This document shows, one piece after another, positions 9,663 to 20,045 of a stretch of DNA of 64,000 nucleotides. The stretch spans positions 515,203 to 579,202 of the forward strand of contig CAYITG010000001.1 in NCBI GenBank assembly GCA_964366415.1, in the 5' to 3' direction. The stretch comes from Candidatus Woesearchaeota archaeon (GTDB lineage: Archaea; Nanobdellota; Nanobdellia; SCGC-AAA011-G17; UBA489). Positions within the stretch are counted from its first letter, which is position 1. Each line of letters starts with the position of its first letter. The notes beneath the pieces were generated by a model. The model saw only the letters and a list, made by a program, of their open reading frames with translations. It searched no databases and had not been told where the DNA came from. The position numbers were made by a program, and so were the translations under genes.

Positions 9663-11435
9663 ATGGTGTCTTTTGGTTTTGGGAATATTGTTGGCTTGCT
9701 TGGATTATTGAGCCTTATCCCATTAATTCTTCTGTATTTGATTCGGCCCAAGGCTAAAGAAATTGATGTTCCTTCTTTGATGTTCTTTCAGAAAGACTTG
9801 AAGAGAAAACAAGAACGTGCGTTCTTTCAACGCTTACGCAAAGATTGGCTCTTTCTTTTACAATTATTGGGATTACTTGCCTTAAGTTTATTTTTTGCAC
9901 AACCTTACCTTGTCCTTGATAAAGGAATATCCTTAGATGAATCTGTTATCGTTTTAGATGCAAGTGCAAGCACTGGTGTTGGCAATGTGTTTGAACGCGT
10001 GATTGATGAAGCGCGCAGTGTTGTTGGTAAGAAGAATACTCTTATCATGGTTGGAGCAGCACCTTATGTTGCTCTTCAGAATACAGACAAGAAAACCACA
10101 CTTAATTTCTTCGATGATTTAGAAGTTGGAGCTGTTGCTTCATCCTTAGGACAGGCATTAACTTTAGCAGGCCAATATGCTGTAGGAGCGCAGCCAGAAA
10201 TCTTTGTCATTAGTGACTTCATGGATACCGGAACTATTTCTTTTGACAGCGCGCGGGAAATATTAATCAGCCGCGGTGTTAGAGTGCATCTTCTTGATGT
10301 AGGAGAAGAAAAAACTTATAGTAATATAGGAATTATTCAAGTAAAACCACGTGCAGATATCAGTGAGATGGTCGTCAAGAACTTTCAAACTGCTCCACAA
10401 CAAATTACTGTAGATGTTAATGGGCAAATAAAAAATCTTAATCTAGAAGGATTAGGCACTCAAATTATTTCTTTTGCAAGCAAGCCAGGATTACATACTG
10501 TAAAACTTAATGTGAATGATGATCTTGCCCTTGATAATATTGCATACGTCAGCATTCCTTCTTCGAAAAAAGTACGCGTGTTACTTTTATCAGATAATCC
10601 TTCACGTTATTTGAAAGCGGCATTGACATCAACCAGCGATATTGAACTTGATATAACGGCATCATTGCCATCAGAACGATACGATGTTTATATTTTACAA
10701 GGACTAGAAACGTTAAGTCAACCTGAAGTCCAAGCTTTGGAACAGCGTGCGCGTGAAGGCGCTAGCGTTGTCATTTATGCTCAGCAAGATATGCAATCTT
10801 TAAATTATGGGAATCTTTTGCCTGTTAATTTAGGAGAAAAGATAGGTTATGCACAGATTGAAGAGGTACAAGCGAATAAGTTTACACAGGGTGTGGAATT
10901 TGGAGGGGTGCAGCAACATTTTGTCACACGCAATGAACAAGGCATTACGTTGTTACGCGGATTAAATTCTTCGTTGTTAACACTTTATACTCTTGATGAA
11001 GGGAAGGTTGTGTATTATGGCATCATGGAAAGCGCAAGTGATTTTGCCTTGAATCCAGGATATCCTATCTTTTGGGTGAATTTTGTTCGTTATTTAGGAA
11101 ATGCGCGCACGATTACTGATGTGAACAGGCAAGGCGGAAGCTTGTTAACATATCCTGAAAAAGTTACGATTACTACTCCTTCACAGTCTGTGTATACAAA
11201 CATGCTGTATCTGCATGAACCTGGAGTGTATACAATTGGAGAAGATCAGATTGTTGTCAATCTTGCTTCTGAGAAAGAATCACAATTACTCTCTGCTACT
11301 GCGGCAGAACGAGAGCAGCGTATTGCTCAACAGCCTGAAGGCATACGACAACATCTTGGAACATTTTTGTTATGGGCTGCCATTGCCTTGGTCTTTTTGG
11401 AATTGTTGTTAACGAAAGGAAGAGGTGAACTATAA
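9663..11435 (+). CDS. BatA-like membrane protein (N-terminal double-TM domain plus vWA-like domain)
   Basis: N-terminal two TM helices with PSLMFF motif; VIVLDASASTG (vWA-like); C-terminal TM. Confidence 0.6.
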   Translation: MVSFGFGNIVGLLGLLSLIPLILLYLIRPKAKEIDVPSLMFFQKDLKRKQERAFFQRLRKDWLFLLQLLGLLALSLFFAQPYLVLDKGISLDESVIVLDASASTGVGNVFERVIDEARSVVGKKNTLIMVGAAPYVALQNTDKKTTLNFFDDLEVGAVASSLGQALTLAGQYAVGAQPEIFVISDFMDTGTISFDSAREILISRGVRVHLLDVGEEKTYSNIGIIQVKPRADISEMVVKNFQTAPQQITVDVNGQIKNLNLEGLGTQIISFASKPGLHTVKLNVNDDLALDNIAYVSIPSSKKVRVLLLSDNPSRYLKAALTSTSDIELDITASLPSERYDVYILQGLETLSQPEVQALEQRAREGASVVIYAQQDMQSLNYGNLLPVNLGEKIGYAQIEEVQANKFTQGVEFGGVQQHFVTRNEQGITLLRGLNSSLLTLYTLDEGKVVYYGIMESASDFALNPGYPIFWVNFVRYLGNARTITDVNRQGGSLLTYPEKVTITTPSQSVYTNMLYLHEPGVYTIGEDQIVVNLASEKESQLLSATAAEREQRIAQQPEGIRQHLGTFLLWAAIALVFLELLLTKGRGEL

Positions 11436-13786
11436 TGTTGACGTGGCTGAGCGCCTATGTAGAACGACCTGAAGTGCTTCTGATCGTTATTCCTCTTCTT
11501 GTCCTCTCTTTGATTATTATTACCAAGGACTTTGGGAAAAGAGACCGTGAAACGTACCAACAACGTAGAAGAATGAAGATCTTTTTGTTCATTACGCGGG
11601 GCTTGATTTTTGCCTTGTTGATTATTGCATTGGCATCGCCGTATACCTTTTATCAGAAGTTTATGAAAGGCGAACCGGCAGTTGTCTTCTTGGTTGATAA
11701 TTCTAGTTCGTATAGCATTTTTGAGAAAGGAAGAGGACAATATATCTATGATGCATTGAAACAACATGTTGATATTGAATTGCGTGAGTTTGGAGATATG
11801 CAAAAAACTGCTTTGGGAGATGAATTACAGAATTCATTGCGAAAAGGGAAGAGCGTTCTTGTGTTAAGTGATGGTCAAGTAACGCATGGGGTGAGCTTAG
11901 GTGATGTTGCCCTTCAGGCAAAAGAATTGAATACCACTATCAATGTGATTAAAACTCAACAAGTAAGAGAAGATTACGTCGTATTTATTGATGGGCCTTC
12001 AAAGATTAGCAGTGGGGTTGAAACTGAATTCACCATTCATGTTGATGGAAATCCTTTCAAAGAACACGTTGTGAGCATTACTATTGATGGCCAGGAAAAA
12101 TTTGAGAAACGACTTGAGGAAGAAGTCAGTTTTACCAAAAAATTTGATGATGGTTATCATACTATTGAAGCTGAATTAATAGAAAGCGATATGTTTGATC
12201 AGAATGATAAATACTACAAAAGCATTAAAGTTATTGATGAACCTGTCGTTGCTTTTATGACTTTAGAACCAAGTCCGTTAACTGCACTTTTTCGAGGAGT
12301 ATACAAAACCAGAGAGATGAGTGTTCTCGATTCTTTACAAGAGGATTATGCTGTTATCTTAAATGATATTCCTTTTGATGTTGTTCAAAGCGATGTAGAT
12401 ACTTTAAAACAATTTGTTAGCGATGGGAATGGCCTTGTTGTCTTTGGTGGACTCAACTCTTTTGAGCGTGGCAGTTATCAAGAAACTCCCTTAGAAGATA
12501 TTTTACCTGTTGTTATTGCCAGTGCCGGTAAACAAGCAGGCGGATCAAGCGTGATTATGCTTGTAGATATTTCACAAAGTTTTGAAAATGATATTGGCAT
12601 CTCAAAGGCTTTAGCAGTCAGTATTTTAGGGGGGATGAGACCTGAAGATCATGTTGGAGTTATTGCATTCGATACCGCGGCCTATGTTGTTTCAGATTTA
12701 GAACCACTATTCAAAAAAGATCTTGGTATTTTAAATGATAAGATTGCATCATTAACGCCAGCAATTGCAGGACAAACATTAGCGACTGGAGGCATCACAG
12801 AAGCTTTAGATTTGTTGCGCAAAGGGCCTGGAGGAAAGAATATTATTTTTATTTCTGATGGTCAGATTCAAAAACGTGATGAATTCTTATCTGCTGCACA
12901 GTACGCTGGAAGTCAAGGTGTTACAATTTACACTATTGGCGTTGGCGAAGAAACAAATGAGAATAATATGAAACAAGTAGCGGAGATGACTGGCGGCCAG
13001 TACTTTCCTGTAACACAAAGGAATAAACTTAAAATTTTATTTGGTGCAGGACAAGATGAACAACAAACAGAGGGGTATGGCGTTATCCTTAGAGATCGAC
13101 AACATTTCATAACGAAAGACCTTACTATAGACGCAAGCGTCCATGGTTTTAATGAAGGTGTTCCTAAAGCTAGCGCACAATTATTAGCAATCACTCATCA
13201 AGGAGATCCGTTAATGGTCGCATGGAGATATGGTTTAGGAAGAGTTGTTACTATTTTAACAGATGACGGCACAGTTTTTGCTCCAAGTCTTTTAGAGAAA
13301 CGAAATTCAAAACTTCTTCTACGTGCTTTGAGTTGGGCTGTTGGTGATCCAGAACGCAAGAGCAATACCTTCATCACTATTCCTGACGGGCGTGTTGGAG
13401 AAAAAATTGAAGTTACTTACAAAGGAGATCAACCTCCCCAAGGAACCATCTCTTTTACAAAGGCAGAAGACGGAGCCTATCATGGATATTTAGATGCAAA
13501 GACTTCTGGATTTCATCAATTCTGGCAAGCAACCTATGCTGTCAATGAACCTTTAGAGTACGAACATATCGGATTTAACCCAGGATTAGAACAACTTTCA
13601 CAACAAACAGGCGGAAAAGTTTTTGATGGGCAGAATATTCAAGATATGATTACGACTTTGCAATCTCAATCCAAAGAAGTCATTTTAGAGAAATGGCAGT
13701 ATCAGCAACCTTTTGTTCTTCTTGCCTTGCTCATTTTCTTATTAGAAATCTGTGTGCGAAGAATGCTCTATTTTAAAGGAAAATAA
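11435..13786 (+). CDS. vWA-domain membrane protein (BatA/BatB-like, two vWA-like segments)
   Basis: VVFLVDNSSSYS and VIMLVDISQSF...GGITEALDLL motifs; N- and C-terminal TM helices. Confidence 0.6.
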   Translation: MLTWLSAYVERPEVLLIVIPLLVLSLIIITKDFGKRDRETYQQRRRMKIFLFITRGLIFALLIIALASPYTFYQKFMKGEPAVVFLVDNSSSYSIFEKGRGQYIYDALKQHVDIELREFGDMQKTALGDELQNSLRKGKSVLVLSDGQVTHGVSLGDVALQAKELNTTINVIKTQQVREDYVVFIDGPSKISSGVETEFTIHVDGNPFKEHVVSITIDGQEKFEKRLEEEVSFTKKFDDGYHTIEAELIESDMFDQNDKYYKSIKVIDEPVVAFMTLEPSPLTALFRGVYKTREMSVLDSLQEDYAVILNDIPFDVVQSDVDTLKQFVSDGNGLVVFGGLNSFERGSYQETPLEDILPVVIASAGKQAGGSSVIMLVDISQSFENDIGISKALAVSILGGMRPEDHVGVIAFDTAAYVVSDLEPLFKKDLGILNDKIASLTPAIAGQTLATGGITEALDLLRKGPGGKNIIFISDGQIQKRDEFLSAAQYAGSQGVTIYTIGVGEETNENNMKQVAEMTGGQYFPVTQRNKLKILFGAGQDEQQTEGYGVILRDRQHFITKDLTIDASVHGFNEGVPKASAQLLAITHQGDPLMVAWRYGLGRVVTILTDDGTVFAPSLLEKRNSKLLLRALSWAVGDPERKSNTFITIPDGRVGEKIEVTYKGDQPPQGTISFTKAEDGAYHGYLDAKTSGFHQFWQATYAVNEPLEYEHIGFNPGLEQLSQQTGGKVFDGQNIQDMITTLQSQSKEVILEKWQYQQPFVLLALLIFLLEICVRRMLYFKGK

Positions 13787-13861
13787 TACGCACGATTATG
13801 AGTTTATACGGCAAAAGCCCCTAACCAAAGATATTTAAATCTCCCCTGCTAGTGACGGTTC

Positions 13862-14434
13862 ATGGGTTTTATTCAAAATTGGATCGACAGGAAAAGACGC
13901 AGAGAATTAGAACAGATCAACCGGGAGATTGAAGAATTAAAGCGGAAAGGGCCTGATTTTAGCCACCATACACAAGAACGCATTAAACAATCACCAACAA
14001 AGATGGTTACTTCATCAGGAACTGATAGCTCAAAGGGGCCTTGGATTATCGGATGTATAATTATCTTACTAGGTCTTGTTCTTTATGGATGGATTACTAT
14101 TACTAGCTTGCAAAGTGAACTTGATAACCAAGAAGAAGAGACATTACAGCTACGTGATGAGCTTGATCTTGCACTGCTTCATTTGAATACTACGGCAAAA
14201 GAATTAGACATTAAAGAAAGTGTTAAAGCGAATTTGAGCGGACAGTATAAAGATTTGCAAGACCAGTTCAGAGTTTTAGAACAATCGATGCGTGCATTAA
14301 ATAAATCATTTATTGATATGGGCGATGAACTTAACGACACTCAACAAGAACTGCTAGAAAAAGAAGGGTATATTGATGATCTTGTTGATTGCATTGACAA
14401 TAATAGTATCACTGACAAGGAAGATTGTATCTAA
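13862..14434 (+). CDS. coiled-coil membrane protein
   Basis: One TM helix flanked by coiled-coil heptads. Confidence 0.4.
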   Translation: MGFIQNWIDRKRRRELEQINREIEELKRKGPDFSHHTQERIKQSPTKMVTSSGTDSSKGPWIIGCIIILLGLVLYGWITITSLQSELDNQEEETLQLRDELDLALLHLNTTAKELDIKESVKANLSGQYKDLQDQFRVLEQSMRALNKSFIDMGDELNDTQQELLEKEGYIDDLVDCIDNNSITDKEDCI

Positions 14435-15222
14435 CTATGAGTTCCGTTCGCTCTGCACTTCGTCAAGTTAAACGGCAATTACTTTTGAATAGAATTTTCA
14501 ATGTATTTTTAAACGCAGCTCTTCTTTCTACTATTTGTGCAGTTATCTTAGCATTTGTGAAAGTTTCTTGGTATTTTGCTCTTATTCCAGGGATATTGTA
14601 CTTCATCCCTGCAACTATAAAGAATGTCAAACAAATAAAATTACGCGAAGCAGAGGAAAAGATCCCAGAATTGCAATGGCAATTGAGAACAACAGAAGAT
14701 ACCCTTGGAAAAGAAAATGAAGTGATTGAAAGCTTGCATTATCGCGTTATGCAAATATTGACGCGGCTAAAAACATCTTATCTTGTTGATGGAAAAATAT
14801 TAGGATATAAAGCCGGCGCTGTTGTGGCATTGCTTGGTCTTTTCCTTCTTTTTTCTACTCAAAGCTTTTTGACTGATATGATCAGCCCGAATGGTTTAAC
14901 AGGCTTATTTGCAAAGGATCCTGGAGACCTCGCATTCAATGATGTGAATGGCTCTTCTTTGAAAAGCAAATATGGTGATCGAGACATCTATGGAGAGAAA
15001 GATCTTGCAGAATTAGGCAATGAGGCCTTGGATTTAGAATTGAAGAGACAAAATAATGATTTAAATTATGATGATGTTAACGATCCACAGAATAGACAGT
15101 TCACTTCCAAAGGAAGCCTTGGCGATATTGGTGCAAGCGCTGATGCATCGTACGAAGAAGAGATTGATGAAGAACATCAACAGCTTGTAAAGAATTATTT
15201 TGAAAAGTTAGCAGAGGATTAA
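14425..15222 (+). CDS. membrane protein with acidic C-terminus
   Basis: Three TM helices; within the Bat/MoxR cluster. Confidence 0.4.
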   Translation: MYLTMSSVRSALRQVKRQLLLNRIFNVFLNAALLSTICAVILAFVKVSWYFALIPGILYFIPATIKNVKQIKLREAEEKIPELQWQLRTTEDTLGKENEVIESLHYRVMQILTRLKTSYLVDGKILGYKAGAVVALLGLFLLFSTQSFLTDMISPNGLTGLFAKDPGDLAFNDVNGSSLKSKYGDRDIYGEKDLAELGNEALDLELKRQNNDLNYDDVNDPQNRQFTSKGSLGDIGASADASYEEEIDEEHQQLVKNYFEKLAED

Positions 15223-15224
15223 AG

Positions 15225-16160
15225 ATGATTCGTTTGAATGAGATCAAAAAACAATTTGATGATATTTTCACACACGCTGGAGAAGTTGTTATTGGACAGG
15301 ATGAAGTGCTCAAACAAGTCGTCATTGCTTTGTTATGCGATGCGAATGTGTTGTTAGAAGGTTATCCTGGATTGGCTAAAACTCTTAGCGTACGAACACT
15401 TTCACAGCTCATGGATTTGAAATTTTCTCGTATTCAGGGAACACCTGACCTTATGCCCTCTGATATTACTGGAACTTATATCATTGAAGAGAGCGCTGGA
15501 AAAAAGATCTTCAAGTTCCAAGAAGGGCCTATTTTTGCCAATATGGTGTTAATGGATGAAATTAACAGAGCCACACCTAAAACACAATCTGCTTTATTAG
15601 AAGCCATGCAAGAAAAACAAGTCACTGTTGGCAATAAAACTTTCAAATTAGAACGACCATTTTTCGTGTTGGCTACTCAAAATCCTATTGAACAGACAGG
15701 AACGTTTAATTTGCCTGAAGCACAAAGCGATCGTTTCTTGCTGAAGGTTAAGGTGGATTATCCTTCACCTCAAGAAGAGCTGGAGATTGTCAACCGATAT
15801 ACAGAAATGATGAATGATATTTCCTTGAAACCTCTTGTCAGCAAAGATGCCTTATTACAGTTACAGGGATTAGTACGAAAAGTTCCTGTTGCAAATGACA
15901 TTAAATCTTATATTATTGACTTGATTACAAAAACACGACAGCGCAAGGAACTTATTGAGTATGGCGCTAGTCCTCGTGCCAGCATTGGATTGACATTAGC
16001 TGCCAAAGCACGTGCTTTACTTGAGGGGCGTGATTATGTTAACAAGGAAGATGTGAGAACAATGGCATATCCTGTCTTGCGACATCGTATTATTATTAAC
16101 TTTGAAGCTGAGAGAAATAATTTCAGTGAGGATGATGTCATCAAATATCTCTTGAAGTAA
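15225..16160 (+). CDS. moxR: MoxR-family AAA+ ATPase
   Basis: VIGQDEVLKQVVIALLCDANVLLEGYPGLAKT...; Walker B VLMDEINRA. Confidence 0.85.
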   Translation: MIRLNEIKKQFDDIFTHAGEVVIGQDEVLKQVVIALLCDANVLLEGYPGLAKTLSVRTLSQLMDLKFSRIQGTPDLMPSDITGTYIIEESAGKKIFKFQEGPIFANMVLMDEINRATPKTQSALLEAMQEKQVTVGNKTFKLERPFFVLATQNPIEQTGTFNLPEAQSDRFLLKVKVDYPSPQEELEIVNRYTEMMNDISLKPLVSKDALLQLQGLVRKVPVANDIKSYIIDLITKTRQRKELIEYGASPRASIGLTLAAKARALLEGRDYVNKEDVRTMAYPVLRHRIIINFEAERNNFSEDDVIKYLLK

Positions 16161-16161
16161 C

Positions 16162-17013
16162 ATGCTTGAACCTGACTTTCTCAAACACCTGAACAGATTA
16201 CATTTAATCATCCAAAAGAAGATTGCTTCTAATTATGGCGGAGAGCGACAAAGTCCTTTTGTTGGCAAAGGCAGCATGTTTCGTGACCATAGAATCTATT
16301 CTCCCGGAGATGATATTCGTTCCATTGACTGGAGAGTATATGCCCGCACAGATAAATTACATGTGAAACAATATGAGGAAGATAGAAGTTTAACCGTCCA
16401 CGTTATTTTAGATTACTCTGCAAGTATGAACTTTGGTGAACAGATCAAGAAGTATGAATATGCATCTATGCTCGGGATTGGGTTTGCTTATATTGCTTGG
16501 AGGAATAATGAACGTTTTGAGTTAAGCACTTTTTCTGACACTTTACACTTCTTTAAATCACATCAAGGAAGAAAACAAATGGTTCAGATCTTAGATTATT
16601 TGCGTGATAAAAAACCAGAAGGTAAAAGCAAATTCAAAGAATCTTTGTTTAACTATGCAAAAAGCATTGGTTCTCGCAGCTTGATTGTCGTCATCAGTGA
16701 TTTTTTGTATGACATTGATGAAATTAAGGAAGTTCTTTACAGATTCAAAGATGCCGAGATTATCTTAGTTCAAGTTCTTGATGAAATGGAAACTGAATTA
16801 AAATTGAAGGGAGAATTTGAATTGAAAGATGTTGAAACTGAAGGCGTGATGAAGACTTTCATTAGTGATAAAATCAGAAAAAAATACCTGGAAGACTTGG
16901 AAGAACATAAACGAAAGATCAAATGGCTAGCTGACAGCGTCGGAGCAAAGTTCTACAGCTTTAACACAGGCGCCCCTATTTTTGATTCTATGTATGAAGT
17001 CTTACGCAAGTAG
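16162..17013 (+). CDS. DUF58 protein (vWA-like partner of MoxR)
   Basis: DIRSIDWRVYARTDKLHVKQYEEDRSLTVHVILDYSASMNFG. Confidence 0.8.
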   Translation: MLEPDFLKHLNRLHLIIQKKIASNYGGERQSPFVGKGSMFRDHRIYSPGDDIRSIDWRVYARTDKLHVKQYEEDRSLTVHVILDYSASMNFGEQIKKYEYASMLGIGFAYIAWRNNERFELSTFSDTLHFFKSHQGRKQMVQILDYLRDKKPEGKSKFKESLFNYAKSIGSRSLIVVISDFLYDIDEIKEVLYRFKDAEIILVQVLDEMETELKLKGEFELKDVETEGVMKTFISDKIRKKYLEDLEEHKRKIKWLADSVGAKFYSFNTGAPIFDSMYEVLRK

Positions 17014-17333
17014 TGTAATAATCCTTCAATATGTGTTAATGTTGTATGTTTGAATAAGAATTCGCGAAATACCTTATCAATTTTAATTCCTTTCCTTTGA
17101 AGATGATGACGGAGTGTCGCATACACCTTTTTTCCTTCAGGATCTAAGTCTGTGAGGATAATGACCTCCTTTTCATTAATTTTCTCAAGAATTTTATATG
17201 TAGGCATCTTTGATACCATGAGAATATTTTTCATTCCTAGCTCTTCCAATGCTGCTTTGTCTTTTTGGCCTTCTACAAGAATGCATTTATCAGACTGTTG
17301 AAGTTTGGAAATCCATTCCTCGAGAGTGCGCAT
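16953..17333 (-). CDS. small Toprim-domain protein
   Basis: ILVEGQKDKAALEELG...ILTDLDPEGKK Toprim acidic motifs; overlaps the convergent DUF58 3' end by 61 nt. Confidence 0.5.
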   Translation of the reverse strand: MRTLEEWISKLQQSDKCILVEGQKDKAALEELGMKNILMVSKMPTYKILEKINEKEVIILTDLDPEGKKVYATLRHHLQRKGIKIDKVFREFLFKHTTLTHIEGLLHYLRKTSYIESKIGAPVLKL

Positions 17334-17334
17334 G

Positions 17335-18945
17335 TTATAATTGTTTAGCGAGAGCTTTTACTTTAGCAACGCCAATATTTTTGATCAGATTAAATAATCT
17401 TGGTCCAAGCTCTTTGTTCAATAAGAGAAGGTATGAAGATTTGAATAATTCAGATCTTGGAATGTTTCTTTTTTCTGATACCTGTTTGAATGTCTTTTCA
17501 AGCATCTCTTCTTCCATACTTTCTGTGATAAGATCTACAAATTCCTTGAGTGCTGCTTTATGTTCTTTAGACATTTTTTTGGCAGATTCCTGTACACTCT
17601 CTTGCACCTTAAAGAGGAACTGTTCTGGTGCATAATTCATAAGCCAATTCTTTGCACATGATATACGAGTACGCAGTCTTTGCTCATCAAATTTTGTTTT
17701 TACATCTGCTTTAAAGAAATCATATGTTTTTAATTCATCCATTACATTGAGCTGAAGAACTGTTGTGATATGCCTAAAACCTGGTTGGAAAGGTAATTTT
17801 TTAGGAATTTCCACAGCACTATACTCATAGATTGATTTTTGCTGCTCTAAGATATTTTCTTGAGCAGGAGCCTCAGCTTCGAAGTATACACGTTCGAGAC
17901 GGTCGAAAGCATCATACAATGTAATCACGTCGCCATCAAAAGAAATCTCAAATGCTTTTGAAGGAATGGTGCGCACAAAGAGATATTTAATCACGCAGGG
18001 CTCATATATAGATTTCATTTCTTTCAGATCTATTGTATTTCCTTTCGAACTCGACATTTTGCCGCCTGTGCCTTTGATGGAAATGAATTCATACATAATA
18101 TGATAAGGTGGCTCGAAGTCATAGAATTTGACGATCTCATTCGCAGTCGTGTTACTTCCGCCGTGCGAAGAATGTTCTTTGCCTGAAGGCTCGAAACGCA
18201 CTTTCTCAAAAGCCCAACGCATGGGCCAATCGACACGCCATTGAAGTTTTGCGTTACCTTTCTTACGCATATCAAATGAGTTCTTGAATCCACAATTACA
18301 CGTGTATGAAAGCGTGTAACTTTTATCGTACCCTATAATTTTTGTATCATCAGTGTTGCATTTCTCACAGAATATGCGCACTGGACTCCATTCCCCTTCA
18401 AGATCTTCTGCTCGCCATTCATCCAATACTTCTTTTATTTTATCTTGTTTCAAAAGAGCAGTTTTCATACCGTCGGCATATTCACATGCACGATATTTCT
18501 TTGATTGATATAAAAATGTTGGAAAAACACCCATTGAAGAAAGTTCTTTCTCAAGCACCTTCTCATTATGCTCAGCATAATTCTTATGGCAATCAAAAGG
18601 ATCTGGAACATCAACTATAGGTTGACGTAAATATTTTTTAAGCTCTTCTTGTTTTGGAAAATTTGCAGGGATCTTTCGAAAGACATCATAATCATCCCAA
18701 GAATAAATAAACCGCACCTTTTTGCCTAACTTTTCTAATGCTTTTCCAACAAGATGGACCGTCATAATCTCGCGGAAATTACCCATGTGAACAACGCCGC
18801 TAGGTGTGATGCCTGCAGCAACAGTATATTCTGGAAGATTGCCTCGCGTTTCAATAACTTTCTTTGCAACATGATCTGGCCAGTGTTCTTTCTCAGCGTT
18901 TGCCTGTTCTATTTTCTTTGTTTTCTTCTCTTGTTTTTTTACCAT
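17335..18945 (-). CDS. lysK: lysyl-tRNA synthetase, class I
   Basis: ITPSGVVHMGNFREIMT (HIGH-like motif) and KMSSSKGN (KMSKS). The true start MVKKQEKK is at 18945; the ORF-track extension to 19008 reads through the tRNA gene. Confidence 0.85.
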   Translation of the reverse strand: MVKKQEKKTKKIEQANAEKEHWPDHVAKKVIETRGNLPEYTVAAGITPSGVVHMGNFREIMTVHLVGKALEKLGKKVRFIYSWDDYDVFRKIPANFPKQEELKKYLRQPIVDVPDPFDCHKNYAEHNEKVLEKELSSMGVFPTFLYQSKKYRACEYADGMKTALLKQDKIKEVLDEWRAEDLEGEWSPVRIFCEKCNTDDTKIIGYDKSYTLSYTCNCGFKNSFDMRKKGNAKLQWRVDWPMRWAFEKVRFEPSGKEHSSHGGSNTTANEIVKFYDFEPPYHIMYEFISIKGTGGKMSSSKGNTIDLKEMKSIYEPCVIKYLFVRTIPSKAFEISFDGDVITLYDAFDRLERVYFEAEAPAQENILEQQKSIYEYSAVEIPKKLPFQPGFRHITTVLQLNVMDELKTYDFFKADVKTKFDEQRLRTRISCAKNWLMNYAPEQFLFKVQESVQESAKKMSKEHKAALKEFVDLITESMEEEMLEKTFKQVSEKRNIPRSELFKSSYLLLLNKELGPRLFNLIKNIGVAKVKALAKQL

Positions 18946-18962
18946 TTTTGATGAGAAAAATG

Positions 18963-19037
18963 CGAGCCCGAAGGGATTTGAACCCTCGACCCCTTGGTTA
19001 AGAGCCAAGTGCTCTAGCCAGACTGAGCTACGGGCCC
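18963..19037 (-). tRNA. tRNA-Lys (anticodon CUU)
   Basis: Minus-strand sequence GGGCCCGTAGCTCAGTCTGGCTAGAGCACTTGGCTCTTAACCAAGGGGTCGAGGGTTCAAATCCCTTCGGGCTCG. Cloverleaf with 7-bp acceptor stem, D-arm, anticodon loop CUCUUAA, T-arm GGTTCAAAT. CCA is not encoded. Confidence 0.85.
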
Positions 19038-19063
19038 ATTAAAGATGGTGTAAAGAACGAGGT

Positions 19064-19071
19064 TTAAAAAC
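19064..19071 (-). promoter_or_regulatory. archaeal TATA box (TTTTTAAA) ~26 nt upstream of the tRNA-Lys 5' end
   Basis: Minus strand reads ...gacacgTTTTTAAAcctcgttctttacaccatctttaat followed by GGGCCC (tRNA +1). Confidence 0.4.
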
Positions 19072-19104
19072 GTGTCGCTATGACTTGAACAGAAGCCTTT
19101 TAAG

Positions 19105-20010
19105 TTGTTACCAAATCTTCATGTTATGAATATACGTAAAGGAATTCTTTTTGTTCTTATCTCTACTTTAATGTTTGGAAGTTATGGCGTTTGGTCGAAA
19201 CTTATTGGAGATTCTTTTGGTATATTTTATCAAAGTTGGAGTAGAGCATTAATCATTGCTTTGCTTTTATTTCCTTTTCTTCTTTGGAAAAAACTTATAG
19301 TGCCTATTTCTAAAAAAGATCTTACATGGTTCATTGTTTTTTTATTTTTTACATCACTTACACAAGCCCCTATTTTTTATGCATTTAATCATATGGACAT
19401 TGGGTCGGCAACATTACTTTTCTTTGTCAGCATGTTGTTGACGATGTATATCGTAGGCATACTCTTTTTAGAAGAAAAACTCACAAAGATCAAAATTCTT
19501 TGTTTTGTACTTGCCGGGATAGGATTATATATTATCTTCTCTTTTTCATTAGTATTATTTTCTCTTTTAGCTGCAGGTTTAGCAATAATTAATGGAGTTG
19601 CAAGTGGAGGAGAAGTTTCTTCATCTAAAAGATTATCTCGACATTATTCTACACTTTACCTTAGCTGGTGGAGCTGGGTTATTATCATTTTAACTAATGC
19701 CCCTCTATCTTTTTTCTTAGGAGAAGTCCAACATCTTCCTTCTTTTGATATAGTGTGGCTGTATCAATGGGGATATGTTTTTGTTAGTATTTTTGGATTC
19801 TGGCTTATCCTTGAGGGAGTAAAATATCTTGAGGCGAGCATTGCTGGATTGCTTGGACTTCTTGAAGTCGTGTTTAGCATCACACTTGGAATACTCCTTT
19901 TTAATGAAGAATTAACGGTTAAGATCATCATCGGTGCTTCTTTTATTATTTGCGCGGCCGCATTGCCCCATATTATTGATCTTTGGTCAACATACAAACA
20001 TTCCTCATAG
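19105..20010 (+). CDS. EamA/DMT-family transporter
   Basis: 10 TM helices; duplicated EamA-like halves. Confidence 0.6.
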   Translation: MLPNLHVMNIRKGILFVLISTLMFGSYGVWSKLIGDSFGIFYQSWSRALIIALLLFPFLLWKKLIVPISKKDLTWFIVFLFFTSLTQAPIFYAFNHMDIGSATLLFFVSMLLTMYIVGILFLEEKLTKIKILCFVLAGIGLYIIFSFSLVLFSLLAAGLAIINGVASGGEVSSSKRLSRHYSTLYLSWWSWVIIILTNAPLSFFLGEVQHLPSFDIVWLYQWGYVFVSIFGFWLILEGVKYLEASIAGLLGLLEVVFSITLGILLFNEELTVKIIIGASFIICAAALPHIIDLWSTYKHSS

Positions 20011-20045
20011 TAAATTATATAAAGGATGCTCTGTCTTCTTCTTTT

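Noticed and set aside
18946-19008. 5' extension of the lysK ORF (MALNQGVEGSNPFGLAFFSSK)
   Set aside because: The extension is a translation of the tRNA-Lys gene on the same strand. The real start is MVKKQEKK at 18945.
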